Shown: one piece after another, positions 26,231-38,163 of the stretch
Layout of the letters: each line of letters begins with the position of its first letter
Numbering within the stretch: the stretch's first letter is position 1
Origin: Podarcis erhardii
Lineage: Eukaryota
Strand: one strand, 5' to 3'
Assembly: GCA_964252035.1 (NCBI GenBank)
Contig: OZ176205.1
DNA: 64,000 nt
Translations under genes and position numbers: made by a program
The notes under the pieces: model-generated
What the model saw: the letters and a program-made list of their open reading frames with translations, nothing else
Database searches by the model: none
What the model was told of the DNA's origin: nothing

Positions 26231-29200
26231 CAAACCACACTAATTATGCACATATGTATGCATCCTTCATTAACTGAATATTCACACAAGGGATCGTGAG
26301 AAATAAAAACTTAAAGTCCAGTAAAAGAGAAATAAAACAGCTATCTTTAACAAAAGAAATCATCAACCAATATTGTTCCTAAGAAATGTACTACTTAGGA
26401 AATTCAGTGTGATAAAATATCATGTAAGTTATTGCTGTAGTGTGGTGTTTTACTTTAAGATCCTTGATCTAAACAAATCAATACTGTCATGAATATTAGG
26501 TTTTAAAGCTACACACTGAATACTGCTTATTTGTTGTCCATGACAATAATGCATTAAATGTGATTTTTTTTAAAGAATAACTTATGTTTGTCTTCTTTGC
26601 AACTGCATGGGTTTATCCTGATTCAGAGACCCACGTTTTGACTGCATTTGTGAACATGTTGATCTAGATGACATAAAAGTATAAAGAATAAATCTTATCC
26701 TTGACTGCTTGCGTCAAGGCGTCAACTGTAATTTTGGCAGATTATGCCCACATCTCTACTCACTGGGAAATCTCCTCAAAAGCAAAAACCCCAACAACTA
26801 GAAGCTGCCTGATCTGAAGCAGGATACTAGTCCAGATAGCCTTGGAAGTGAGCCAGGTTGAAAGTGAGGCTTCATCATGGACAGCTTATGTTTTGGTTTA
26901 ATCCATGACTATTCCCACCAGCAACAAATTCAATAATGCAACTAAACAGAGAGTAAGTGGACAGCTGTGTCCCCTCCATATCCATGTGGAGATCTGATTC
27001 CTTGACAGGCCTGAAACAGTGAAGAAAGGATGGGGAAGGCTAATATGCACCCACCCCCCTCTCACACTCCCTCCCTTATGGCAGTGGCAGCCGCAGCCGA
27101 ATCTGATTTCTTGCAGCGTCCTCAACACAGCGCTGCACGCACATGCCTTGGGCCACCTTCAAAGTGTTGAGGGGCGGATTAGCTGGATTAGGGAGGCTGT
27201 GAAAGGAGCCATGCTGCTCGGGAGGAAGTCTCGCTGGGGGCGTGCTAAAAGAGCCATTTTTACCTGTCCCGGCTGCTCTGAAAGGCCTGCCAGCCGCTAG
27301 CTGGCCTATGGCTGTCAAAACACGTCCAACCAGGATCCTGTTCACCATGGAAAAGCAGCTAGCTCCATCAAGACAAGCAAGGGAGCCCAAGCACCCCATT
27401 AAACTGACACCCTGGGGCTAAACATTGCTGAGGGCCGAGGTAGGGGGAGATGTGCAGCGCCGTGTCCCTTGGTGCTTGTTCTCTAACAAACCTAGTCTGA
27501 CAAAGACAGAGACGCCAGGCTGCTTTCTAAATAAACAAGGCAGAGGGGGTGGAGGTGGCTGGCAGGCTGGATGGGGGAGCTGGCTTTAAGGAGAGCACTG
27601 AAAGGCCCGTTTGAGGCCTACTCTCCATTCCCCAGGCCTGGCCTGGCCTTTTGTTTATCCCAGACCTAAATTAATGTCTTTATTTACCAGAAATCCGAAG
27701 GGCTCAGGTTCCCAGTGTGGAGGGGGCGGGTGAGGGAGAGGAACGGCATGAAGGAGCCTTGGCCAAAGACGAGGGGAGAGCCCGACCCCCGAAAAAGGGG
27801 GCTAAAAGAGATTCAGTTGGGAGCCATTCACTGCTAAGACTCCTGTCAGCATTGACATAAATTTCCACTGGTGTTGGCATTTACGCATTTGGCATTTCCA
27901 TATGTATAGAGTTGCCTGGACTAATTATGCTAATCATCCCCTCTGTTGGCCGCTGTGAAAAATGCCCACATTAAGCACTCCACTGCCTGCTAATGTGACT
28001 TAATGTGCGGTTGAAACATACATTCATCCCCCTCTGAATGGCGAAATTTTTCCACATTGCTGCCTTCATTCAGGCAAGAAATGAATTTTTTGAACTCAGA
28101 CCACTTTTCCAAGCCAGGGGGGATGGATCAGAGAATAACACTCTCTCCTTCTCTCTCCACTTTCTGTTCCCCACTCACAGCTCTTGCTAATAAAATAAAA
28201 AATAAAATCTCTAGGGCTGGGTCAGACACCCTTCTTCACATATCATTTAAAAATGGAATCTCCATATGTACAACCAGATCAGCGAGGTGGGGAGACCCCA
28301 TCTTTATCTAGAAGCATCCGTCCTCTCACTCTTCTCTTGTCCACCCCCCCCCTCAACAAAAGGAGCTCTTTCCTCCCCCAACCCTTCAATTCTTTGGGAA
28401 ACTGAAACAGCCTGAGTGGCAACTCTAGCAAGTTTGAGCTAGTCTGAGAAAAGAAAGATCCTTTCAAAGCCGGCCATGGTCACAGTAGAAGATGCCTCTT
28501 AGAGCAAATGTCAAAGCAGAGGCAGAAAACAAAGCAGATTTAGAGGATAATGGCCAACGCTCTCCCACTCTTTCTCTCTCTTTTAGAGGATAGAGAGGCT
28601 GAAGGGTATCCTCAAATACACTATTTTTAAAATAGTAGTTACAACACTTTCTATTCTGCAGGTATTATTTACTACTTGCATGTGCAATCACATGTGCAAC
28701 CCTCACAGCAGTTATTAGCAATCACAATAAATACTATGAAGCATATGATAATTGTTCAATGATTTTTTTCTTCTTCAAGTGTGGTTATAAACAACTGCAT
28801 TTAGTTAACTCCAGTGTTACTTTGCTACTGGCATTTACTACCAATGGAAATTGGTAATGACTTGGTGACAAAGAAAAAGAACAAAACTAATGGCATTTCC
28901 CTCTTTGTTGGACTTTATCCTAGTTTGTCATCATCGTTCCTACCTGCACTGATAGTAGCGTTTTTCCACTGTGGCCCATAGACAATTGCTTTTTCATTTG
29001 TGTGGTGTTGTTTTTAAAACGTATCTATGGATTCTGCCCAGCTTGAAACCCCTTTTCTTTATTGTGCCAAAGTTTATGTGTTGAATCCTGTCAAATGCCG
29101 GCCAAAGAAAAGACAAGAGAAGGGGCAAGGTGACTATGGAAGAATCTAGGAAATAGGTTGGCTTAAGCCTAGACTGATCATTACCTAAGACTTCCACAAC

Positions 29201-31379
29201 AGGAGGTTTATTTAATATACAGTATAGCAAGTGTGGGAGAATCATCACTTCTACAGAAGGAAGAGAAACACATAGAATATTAACCAAATCTAAACTATCA
29301 AAGGACATACCAGCAGACATCTCTGTAAAAAAAAACTACAAGAAATACAGTTTCTTTCTTGGAAACAATGAGGAATTGTCTATAAAATTTTGGAGGGTAT
29401 GAGGGAAAGATGCTGGGATACACTCCAAAAATAGTGCAGAAACTGTGTGCCCCTGTGGCAGCCTGATGGACTTCTTTATGGAGGAAATTTGATAGGCCTT
29501 AAGTTTATACCCAGACTCCCTGAATTACCTAGCTTCTCCTATCGTTGTTGGATTCACATACTTCCCCTGCATCACAACATTCTGGAGTTTGCTTTTCCAC
29601 TTTAAATAGTCCAGTTTACTTTCATACTGTCTATGTGAGATTATAAATTCTTTTTTGTAGATTCCTTAATTCTGCTGCCAGCCTCCTTTGCCTCTAAGGA
29701 ATGCAAATGTCCAACAATATGGGAAGCACACTTGTTCACGTCACCCATCTCCCCCATGGCTCTCATCCTTCCTGAAGTTGTCCTCTCACTCTTATCAGCA
29801 CCAAGGCCACTTCAGAGGCTTCTGCTAGCCACTAGGCCACCCACCTCTGCTGGCCACCCAAGAACATTACGTACATATATACACTGAAGCCCCCTTGGCC
29901 TCTGCACTCAGCTGCCTTGGGGGCTTGTTTATTTGCTCTTGTGAGCGAGGTATGCAGGCCCCACATTCACAGTTTATTTATCTGTTCAGAAGGAGAGTTC
30001 AGAGTAGAAAAGCCTCATTGAATATATACTGGGCCTTCTAGTATTTCTCACATGGCCTGCCTTCATGGGGTTCATCTCCAGTCTCAAACACCCTGAGGTC
30101 TGACCTGATTTAAAGGCTGCTTCACCTCTCCCATCTGCAGGAATATCAGGCTAAGTTTGTAAAGGTGTCAGGCGTCAGCTCTCTCAGACTAGATAGACTC
30201 AGAACCCCAGCACTCTTTAAAGGAACCATTCTTTGCTATCATTTCAAATGGGCAGTTTAGACATCTTTCACTGGGCATCAGATACAGATAAGCCAATGGT
30301 GCATGATTGTTATACTGAGCTGAAGTCCCTAAATGAGGCTAGGTTCCCCAGTCATTCTGAGCTAAATGTTTGTGTACCCTACAGTTTGTGTACCCTACAA
30401 GCATCCAAACTACAGAATCTCCCTCCTTTACAAGTTACCTCTAGTCATATATATTTAGATGTTCACTCCCTCAAAACACTACTGTACTGAGAACTGAGCT
30501 GCATCTGGCATCAAAATATTCTCCCAGGTTATAAAGTAGAAATTCAATCACGCCACTCCACAAATTACACTCCAGGAGTTGGCTTCACTAAATCCTGTCC
30601 TAATTAATTAATTCCTTTTTAAATATTGACATTATCCTATCCCAAGATATAGGCCAGTACAGTGAAATAATTTCATTTTCTCCAGCATGAAGGCATCTTA
30701 CAACACTTTATCCTGGAAAATGTCACTACTGTCCACTCTGGGTGTTCTGACTCATTCAAGATATAGAAACACGTTCAAGGTCAATTTTGACTGCCAGCTC
30801 AGAACAGCAACTGGGCTCACCACCAAGTCTCTTGAACAGTACCTTCCAGATCTCTGCATACTGGTCTTATCACCTCAGCATGCTGCCTGCAGTCTGTCCA
30901 GCAAGGGTGTCTATCCATTGCCCCAGCAGTAATCCATCAAACTCTTCATTTCTTCCGAATCCTTGCAAGTTCCAGTATGGGTGGGCAAAAATCCTTCATC
31001 GGTTTTTCTTGCCTCCCCACACTCTCAGGAATTCAAAGATAAAAACATTTCCTCTGGCAGAACAGCCATTCAGTAGCAGCAACCTTTAAAAAGGCCCTGC
31101 AGCCACATAGCTACACCAAAATGTTCTGGTTAAAGATTAAACCTGCCTTTCTTTGAGGTCACCCATAGCCTATAAATCAACCATGACCTTTTGCCTCTCC
31201 AATGCTGGTTTGTTTTCAAGCCCCAAGCTCTAGGGTTTAATTCCCACTCAGCAGTCTACCCTGGTCATAACAATGCCAACCTTTATAGAGGTTTACCTAT
31301 AAGTGCCTACAGTCAGTTCCTGTTGACATCAGCTCTTGGTATTTTCCCATCCACTGCATTTTTTTTTTATTATTTTTAA

Positions 31380-31442
31380 GCTGTGAACCGCCCTGAGATC
31401 TATGGATGAAAGGCGGTATACAAATTTAATAGATAATAATAA
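31380..31442 (+). mobile_element. L2-type LINE 3' terminal fragment
   Basis: tgtgaaccgccctgag...aaggcggtatacaaatttaat followed by an AAT tail, typical of squamate L2 3' ends. Confidence 0.6.
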
Positions 31443-34400
31443 CTGGTTGAGATGACTGGTGTCAACACTGTTGCAGAATAGATCACACAGTGAGACACCT
31501 GATCCTTAGTCAAGGTGGGTAACCTTGCTGTTTTCAATTCAAGGCTTTCAGCTGCTATTGCACAGAAGGGGACCCAGAAACTGGAGAGAAATGCACACTT
31601 GCCATATAAACTGTTGCATGGTGTAGATGTGGGATATATTCATGCATTTTACACCAAATTGTTTACAGACTTCAACACTCCTCCTTTATCTCAACATTTC
31701 CAAAAATAAGATGCCAATTCTAACAAGACTTGGTGGATATTCATGGAATAGATCTTTCTTAGTTCCTCACAGTCCTCTGAGGTCACTTTGTACATAGGAA
31801 ACAAAGCCAATTTCTTAAACATGAGCATTTACAGTAAGAGTGGAATTAAGGAAAAGGCATACAGTATATGCCCAAACTGTGAGAGAGGAGCTCAGTTTTT
31901 CACTGCTAAAGCCAAATGCCAATACAAGGAACAAGCAGAGCCTGCTGTTAAGATGGAGCTGGGATGACACACTGCCATCCCATCAATACCCAGCAGGTCC
32001 CTTGTCTCCTCTGCTCTCCTCATCCAAACTAAACAACAGTGTGAAGTCAGAGTGCATCTGTGGATACAACACAGTTCCATGGACAGAATCTACCAACCAC
32101 ATCATATAACCCCCAAATGGGATATCAGTAGGGCAAACAGCTCATTCACCAATATCAAATTGTTTGATCTATTCCCACAGTGTTTCCATTTATCTGCCTC
32201 AGTAAAATTCAACACCATTCATAAATAAGGGTCAAGTGGTTCAATTCAATTTGGCAGTTCTTTAAACTCATGTATCTATACTCCTCCCTACTCTCTCTCT
32301 TGTGGACAACACACACCAAGAGAGAACTTTCTAAGGGCCAAACATACTGGTCACAGAAGCATATTCCTTCTTTTAAACATGTTTTCTCCTGCTATCTCTC
32401 ACGTTGTTTGGTGCTGATGAGAGTTATATTCCCAAATATCTGGAGGTCACCATGTTGGCAAAGGCTGATCCACAACAGCATTGCAAACGGAAGAGGTTGG
32501 TAGAAGGAGTAGTTTAGGGAGGATGATTGGGCTGGAAGGAGAGACAGCCATGGTTACACTAACGTCTAGAATGATACCCCATCTGTTTTAAGGAATCAGA
32601 TGTTTTCCACTATACACAAGGTCAGGGTGCTTCACCCTGCGCGTGCACACTCTGGCCCACACACTCTGCATGACAGCTTCATGTTTTGAGCACAAATACA
32701 CTCAACCATCTTTTCCAGGGTGATTGAAGTGTACCACAGTGCAAAAAGTGTGAGAAGCTACCACAGATATTTGTTCATAGAACAGTGGTGAGTATGGGGA
32801 CTGCGACCTTCAAACAAGAGTCAATGGTCACTTCCTTCAAATTATGTGTTTCTGGATTTGTCTAATTTAAGTTAGTGAAAAGCACCACTGGTAGAAAGAG
32901 CATCTATACTATACTATCATTATGCAAAGAAGCTTTCTCCAGAGGCATTTGTACAGGGCTATGCACAAATCAGATCAATCAAATGTGGCAAAGGGCATGG
33001 CATGAACAAAACTCAGTCATGGAGCAACTGCCATATTGCAGAATGGCTAGGCCTGTGGATAATTCGCAGTTAGATTCAGCTGGTTTTTCACTATCAATGC
33101 TGCATGTTGCTTGTCACGGATGCAAGGGAAGCTAAGGAATTTCTGGTGTAGGAATCCAAATCTTGACAGCAAACCTTTTCTGATCCAAATGGCCCACAAC
33201 AGAGGATAAGGGGGATGCAGTACAGTTCAAAGCACAGCTTCACAGAAGTATCCTCAGAGCGCCATGGGGTTCCAATGAAAGGAGCCTGCGTCACAGCAAA
33301 CAAGTAATCACAGCAACATTTTACACACTGGAACTATCCACAACAGGAGATCTACAGCTGTGAACTTTTTCCACTTCTACTTGTATGCCAACTCTTCCCA
33401 GCCAGCTTTTTTGCCACACACCAAGCAGCCAACCGAAAGACAATATTGCAAAGCCCCACTTGGCAAATGCCAGCCAGCTGAGAGGATAAACTGTGATTCA
33501 AGGAAATGCAAGTGATAAATCAGAATATCGCTTTTTTTACACTGTTTGTTGCAGTACCTAGTTCTAACATGCATAATTTAAAGTAAAATAGTATCACTGA
33601 GCATTTTTTAATCTCAAAATGAAGATATATCCAAATATAAATTTGTAGCAAAACAAAACGTCCAACCAAAAAGCTCCACAAAGTTTAGTGCTCTTTTCAG
33701 TGCAACATCCCCAAAACCTAGATCATGTGTGCCCTCTGCTTTATGTAGCTTACAAGCCATCACTCCAACTATGGGACAGCCAACAGATTTTTTTCTTTTT
33801 TCTTTTAAAGCTAAGCAAATGTCAGCATCAAAAGCAATAAATAAGTACAAGCCCAACCGTGCAGGTTCTCAGGGGATGTTCTTGATTTGGGCTGAGATGG
33901 GCTGGTTACAAAAAGGGGATTTCCCTTCTTTAAATGTTTAACAGCTGCAGGTCTTGATGGATCTCCTTTTTGCTACAAGCCTCTGGAAGGCAGAAGCAAG
34001 GAGAGAAGGGGAGGGGGCAGAAGGCTAAGGTTGAGGCATTTTTCCCTTTCCAGTCCCCCTTCAGTGTGTGAAACAGGTGGGTAAACTTTACTGGCATTCA
34101 TGTGAGTGTGGGTTTTATTTAAAAGGGAGTGGGAGGGTGGAAGAGTGAAGTTGCTTCTATTGTTGAACAAAATCCAAGAGTAGTTTAGGACCACACATGG
34201 AGCTGGGGTTGTGCAGGGGGAGGAGGTGTGGAACGCCAAAGATCGCTGACAGTCATCACAGAGAAACATCTGCTCTTGGAAAGCTCCCAGGCTGCTTGCA
34301 ATTTTTTTTGTTTAAAAAAAGAATTAAAATAAAATAAAAATCCTAGGGTGTGAAAACTCGGCGCAACCTGGTGTTGGAAAAGAGAGGAGACTGCAATAAG

Positions 34401-35184
34401 CAGGGGATGGAAAGCAAGGAGCAAACCCCAGGCACTGCCACATGGATTGACGGCAGTGCCGAGAATGGAGGGGGCAGCATAGCATGCTGAACTTATTAAT
34501 AACAAAGGCATCATTTTTATCAAATGTTTCCAGTAGGAAATTAGGATTTGCTCCTGGTGACCCCTTTTGCTTTCGGCTATTTGCATTCAACCCAATTCCA
34601 TTCTCAGCTGGCAGGCAAGTGTAACCCAAGTTAAACTTCAACTGACAGCTCTGCTGTAGACAGTAATTATCCTCTCCTTCAGCACCACCCTCAGAAAGGT
34701 AATTTAGGATTTTAATGTCAATAATGCAATGCAGCAAGCAGGGCCCGGTGGCAAGAAAAGCCATATTATCTGAGATGGGGGAAATAATTTAATTGCACTT
34801 GTCTATGTGGGGGCATGTATTTGCACCGATAGGGATCTGGACTGCACACACGGCATGGCGAACACAGGCACACACATGCAGAGCAGCATAGGAAGGTTTA
34901 TGCACACTCGCACACACTCTTGCGGAACAAGTTCAAGGTAGAAATCTCTCTCTATAACACCACAACCACACCAAACACTTTGGGTTACGGAAGAGGTCTG
35001 TCTCCGAATATTTCTGGTGTATAAATCATTGTTTCTCATAGACTGAGACCAATATAACCAAACAAGATTGAATCCAAAAAAAGGGAAGAAAATTCCATGC
35101 CTGGACAGGAAATCAGTGAGGATCACCACAACACCTTTCTTTCTGGAAGGTGGTCTGAAGGTATAGGGTGAGTGAGATTCTATT

Positions 35185-35245
35185 GCTGAAGCAAAACAGG
35201 TTAAGCACTGTATAGTGCTTGGATGGGAGACTGCCTGGAAACCAC
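35185..35245 (+). mobile_element. 5S rRNA-derived (SINE3-type) fragment; not a 5S gene
   Basis: gctgaagcaaaacagg...tagtgcttggatgggagactgcctgg resembles the 5S internal control region (box A/IE/box C). The 5' third of 5S is absent. Confidence 0.55.
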
Positions 35246-36224
35246 ATGTAAGGAAACCACTCTGAGCAAGTAAGAGGAAGAATGGGCTGCAAGACAGGGT
35301 GTCATAAATGTGATTACTGAGACCTCCAAGAACAGAACTGCCAGGTGCCTCTAAATCCAAACCATAATCGTTGGCACAATCTTCAATTATTCAAAAGCAC
35401 TTAAGGCAACCCTACATTCTCCAGCTTTATACCATGTCACCCCACAAGTCTACATGTAAATTTAGGGCATGGAAAGTGTCTGTCCCATCATTCAGTATTC
35501 ACAAACAGTGCTCATTACCATCATGGAGAATAGTATTTAACCAACATTCAAAAGAATTCTGATTTGGGCTCTGAAAATCAGAGAACTGGCTTAAAAACCA
35601 CTGGCACAACCCACTGAAAACATTTCTGGAGGAAGCCCCTTCAACTTGAATGGAGTTGCACAAGGGCACTCACACATTATCATCCAGCTCTTATTCATAT
35701 CAATGGGGCTTGCACAGAAGAAGTTCCCAGCATGATTGTTCCCTGTGCAATTATCTTTTTAAATAAAAGAGCTTCTTGTTTTCATCACTTTGCCAGCTGG
35801 TCTTGGAGGCTTTCTAGCCTGTTTGAAAAGTCACATAATTCAAGCTTTTCTCAAGGCTTACAAACTCTTCTTCAATTATCGAAAAAAGTTAAAATGGGGA
35901 AACAGGGTTTTATTGCAAGACTTGAGGTTTTAAGAGTTCCTCAAACTAGAATACATTTTTATATCCAAGAAAGTGCTCTCTATCCCCCTGTTACTTGGTA
36001 GCTTCCCCCAAGATGCCAATTCCAAGAAACTGTGTGCAAATCTGGATTTACACACATGTGTGGAGCTTAGAGAGGGGCCCCTTTGGTAACAACTCCCTTT
36101 AAAAGGCTCTTCTAGACCTTTTGCTTCCACTATGTTTGACAACTGCTCCACCATCACCCAACAATGTCCTAAAGCGCTATGCAGCCCTTCCAGTATTCAC
36201 ACACACTCACAAAATGGAACTTAC

Positions 36225-36417
36225 CTTCCACCCAGAGTTGCTCAATATCCGTTTCTATGGAGGCTACTCGCAGCCCTACAGCCAGCGTCCCAAAGACCAG
36301 CAGCCCCACAAAAAGTACTTTGCCACAGTGACGATGGATCCAACAGCCCAGTGTAAACAGCAGGGCCTGGAACTGGGCCCGCAGCCACAGCGGGGCTTTC
36401 TGGCCCACAGCCTTACC
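36225..36417 (-). CDS. PTCH2: Patched-2 exon 2 ([64 protein letters not shown], includes TM1), 193 bp
   Basis: Acceptor tttctctccccag|GGT, donor GAAG|gtaagt. 193 bp matches the recalled Patched exon 2 size. KAPLW and LWVE motifs present. Confidence 0.97.
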
Positions 36418-37504
36418 CTGGGGAGAGAAATGGAGAGTTAGCCAAGACACTGTTGCTACAGGGAACAGCAACATCCTGCCCCAGGGTAGCTGGCACTGGG
36501 GTTAAAGCAGACCTCAAGCCTTTGGGAGCAAGCATTTCAGCAAGAACCTTGCCATAGATTATTTGTGGGGGCATATATGTGCTCGCCTGCCTGTCCCTGC
36601 AGCGCTTCCATCTGCTCGGAACTTGTGAAGGCCAGTGCCCATATCCTCCCAGTCTACAGAAAGATGAACTCCTGAGTGACAGCTGTAGATGCGGGTGAAT
36701 CCCCTACTCAGGGTGGAGAAACAGGCCACTGAGAAGCTCCTGCCACCATCCATGTGTTATGTCTGTGAGGTTGCTGAGCGGGAATCTCCCTCCTCTGTTC
36801 CTCAGCGGTGGTCTGCTTCCCTTCCCCAGTTCCAGATACACTCCTCACCTTCAGAGCAACCCAGCAGCTGAAGTGCCCTGTTAGAATGGAGCCCTGCAAA
36901 AGGCAACCCGGTATGTTAAGGAGTCCTACCACAGTCTAGTTTCCAGCTCTGGGGAGAGCAGATGTCCGCTGCACCCTTTCCTCAGGTGCGTCCTTCTGAC
37001 CTGTCAAGTTCCCTTGCTTTCCCTTGCGGGAGACTCCCCCATTGTCTCCCTTCCTCTCCTTCCACCGATTCAGCGACTCAAGTCCACCCGCCTCCCTTGC
37101 TCGCTCCAGAGCGCAACGCTCCACGCAAACCCACCCCCGCGCCGCCGTCTCCCCTCGCAGATCCGATCCGGGGCTGGCCTCTCCCTCGCGTCCCTCCTGG
37201 ACGGCTCCCCGGCGTCTCCCCTTTCCATAAACAAACTCCAGGGGCCACGGCGCGGGCTCGCTCTGGAGCGCGCCGGCCAAAGCCTGCCCCCTTCCTTCAT
37301 TCCCTGGCCCCAAAGAAGCCGAAAGCTTCGAAGAGGACCCCCTTTCCCAGCCCCCCCGGGCCCAGAAGAGCCGAGCCCTCGCCTTTTTGTCCCCTTCCTT
37401 GCAGCTGCTTGCGCGCCTCTCTCCCGGGTGGACGGGGTCGCCCCAACTTTACTTCTCGTCCCCCCCCCCACCCGTGGGAAAGCGCCTTCGCCCCATTCCC
37501 TTAC

Positions 37505-37669
37505 CTTGGAGATCTGTTTGAGGGCAAAGGCAGCGTGGCAGTAGCTGGGTCTCCGGAGAAGATCCGAGTTGGCAGTTGCCGCCGCCGCCGCCGTGGCCGC
37601 CGCCGCGTAAGACGGCGGGAGTTCTCCCCGGAAGCCCCCGGCCCCCGGGACCGGCCGATCCGAAGCCAT
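37505..37669 (-). CDS. PTCH2: Patched-2 coding exon 1 (MASDRPVPGAGGFRGELPPSYAAAATAAAAATANSDLLRRPSYCHAAFALKQISK), 165 bp
   Basis: ATG at 37669 in strong Kozak context (agcATGG). ELPPSY and DLLRRPSYCHAAFALKQISK match the PTCH2 N-terminus as recalled from fish and human. Donor AAG|gtaagg at 37504. Confidence 0.96.
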
Positions 37670-38154
37670 GCTCCAGGGTCGAGCGAGGACGGTGCTGACG
37701 GGAGGCGCAGGGGCGCAGGCGGCTTCCCGGGAGCGGTAATCCAGAGGGGAGAAGCGCGGGGTCGGAGGCTTCAGAGGAGTGGCTGCTGCGGGGATCCCAT
37801 GTGGACATTATGGGGGCGAATCCGAGGCCATCCAAGCGCGCCCCATGCGCCCTCGGCGCCTCCCAGCGTGGCCCCTTCGACGCGCGGCAGCAGACGGCGA
37901 TCGAAAGCTCACACAGCCCCCGAAAGGAGAGGCGCCCGGGTGCCCGGCGGTGCAGTGCGCCTCGGATCGCGTCCCACCAACATTTGGAACAAACAGTCTC
38001 CTTCGAGATCCTGAAAAGAGGAGCGGGGGGAGGAAGGTTTGGTTTGATGGGAAAGTGCCCCGGTTCCCATTGGCCGAGGAAGAGGCAAATTACTCCGCAA
38101 ACATCTCCTATTATTAGCTGCTAAGCAACAGCTCACCAAAGTGGAGAGAGAAGA

Positions 38155-38163
38155 GACCACCCA
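38155..38163 (+). promoter_or_regulatory. Consensus GLI-binding site GACCACCCA in the PTCH2 proximal promoter
   Basis: Exact 9-mer consensus 486 bp upstream of the ATG. Patched genes are established direct GLI targets. Confidence 0.75.

Noticed and set aside
34803-35360. 185-aa minus-strand ORF in intron 2
   Set aside because: No homology recognised. It runs through a 5S-derived repeat and (TG)-rich sequence.
36411-36420. Exon 2 begins CAG|GGTAAG, resembling a recursive splice site
   Set aside because: The GT is offset by one base, GGT AAG simply encodes the conserved Gly-Lys, and intron 1 is short (1087 bp).
37070-37504. Read-through of the exon 1 ORF to 199 aa
   Set aside because: Homology ends at QISK, where a canonical GTAAGG donor sits. 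The rest is intron 1.
36962-38014. 350-aa plus-strand ORF antisense to PTCH2 exon 1, and overlapping 100-180-aa ORFs
   Set aside because: Pro/Arg/Gly/Ala-rich low-complexity translation with no domain. Long ORFs are expected in stop-poor CpG-island DNA.
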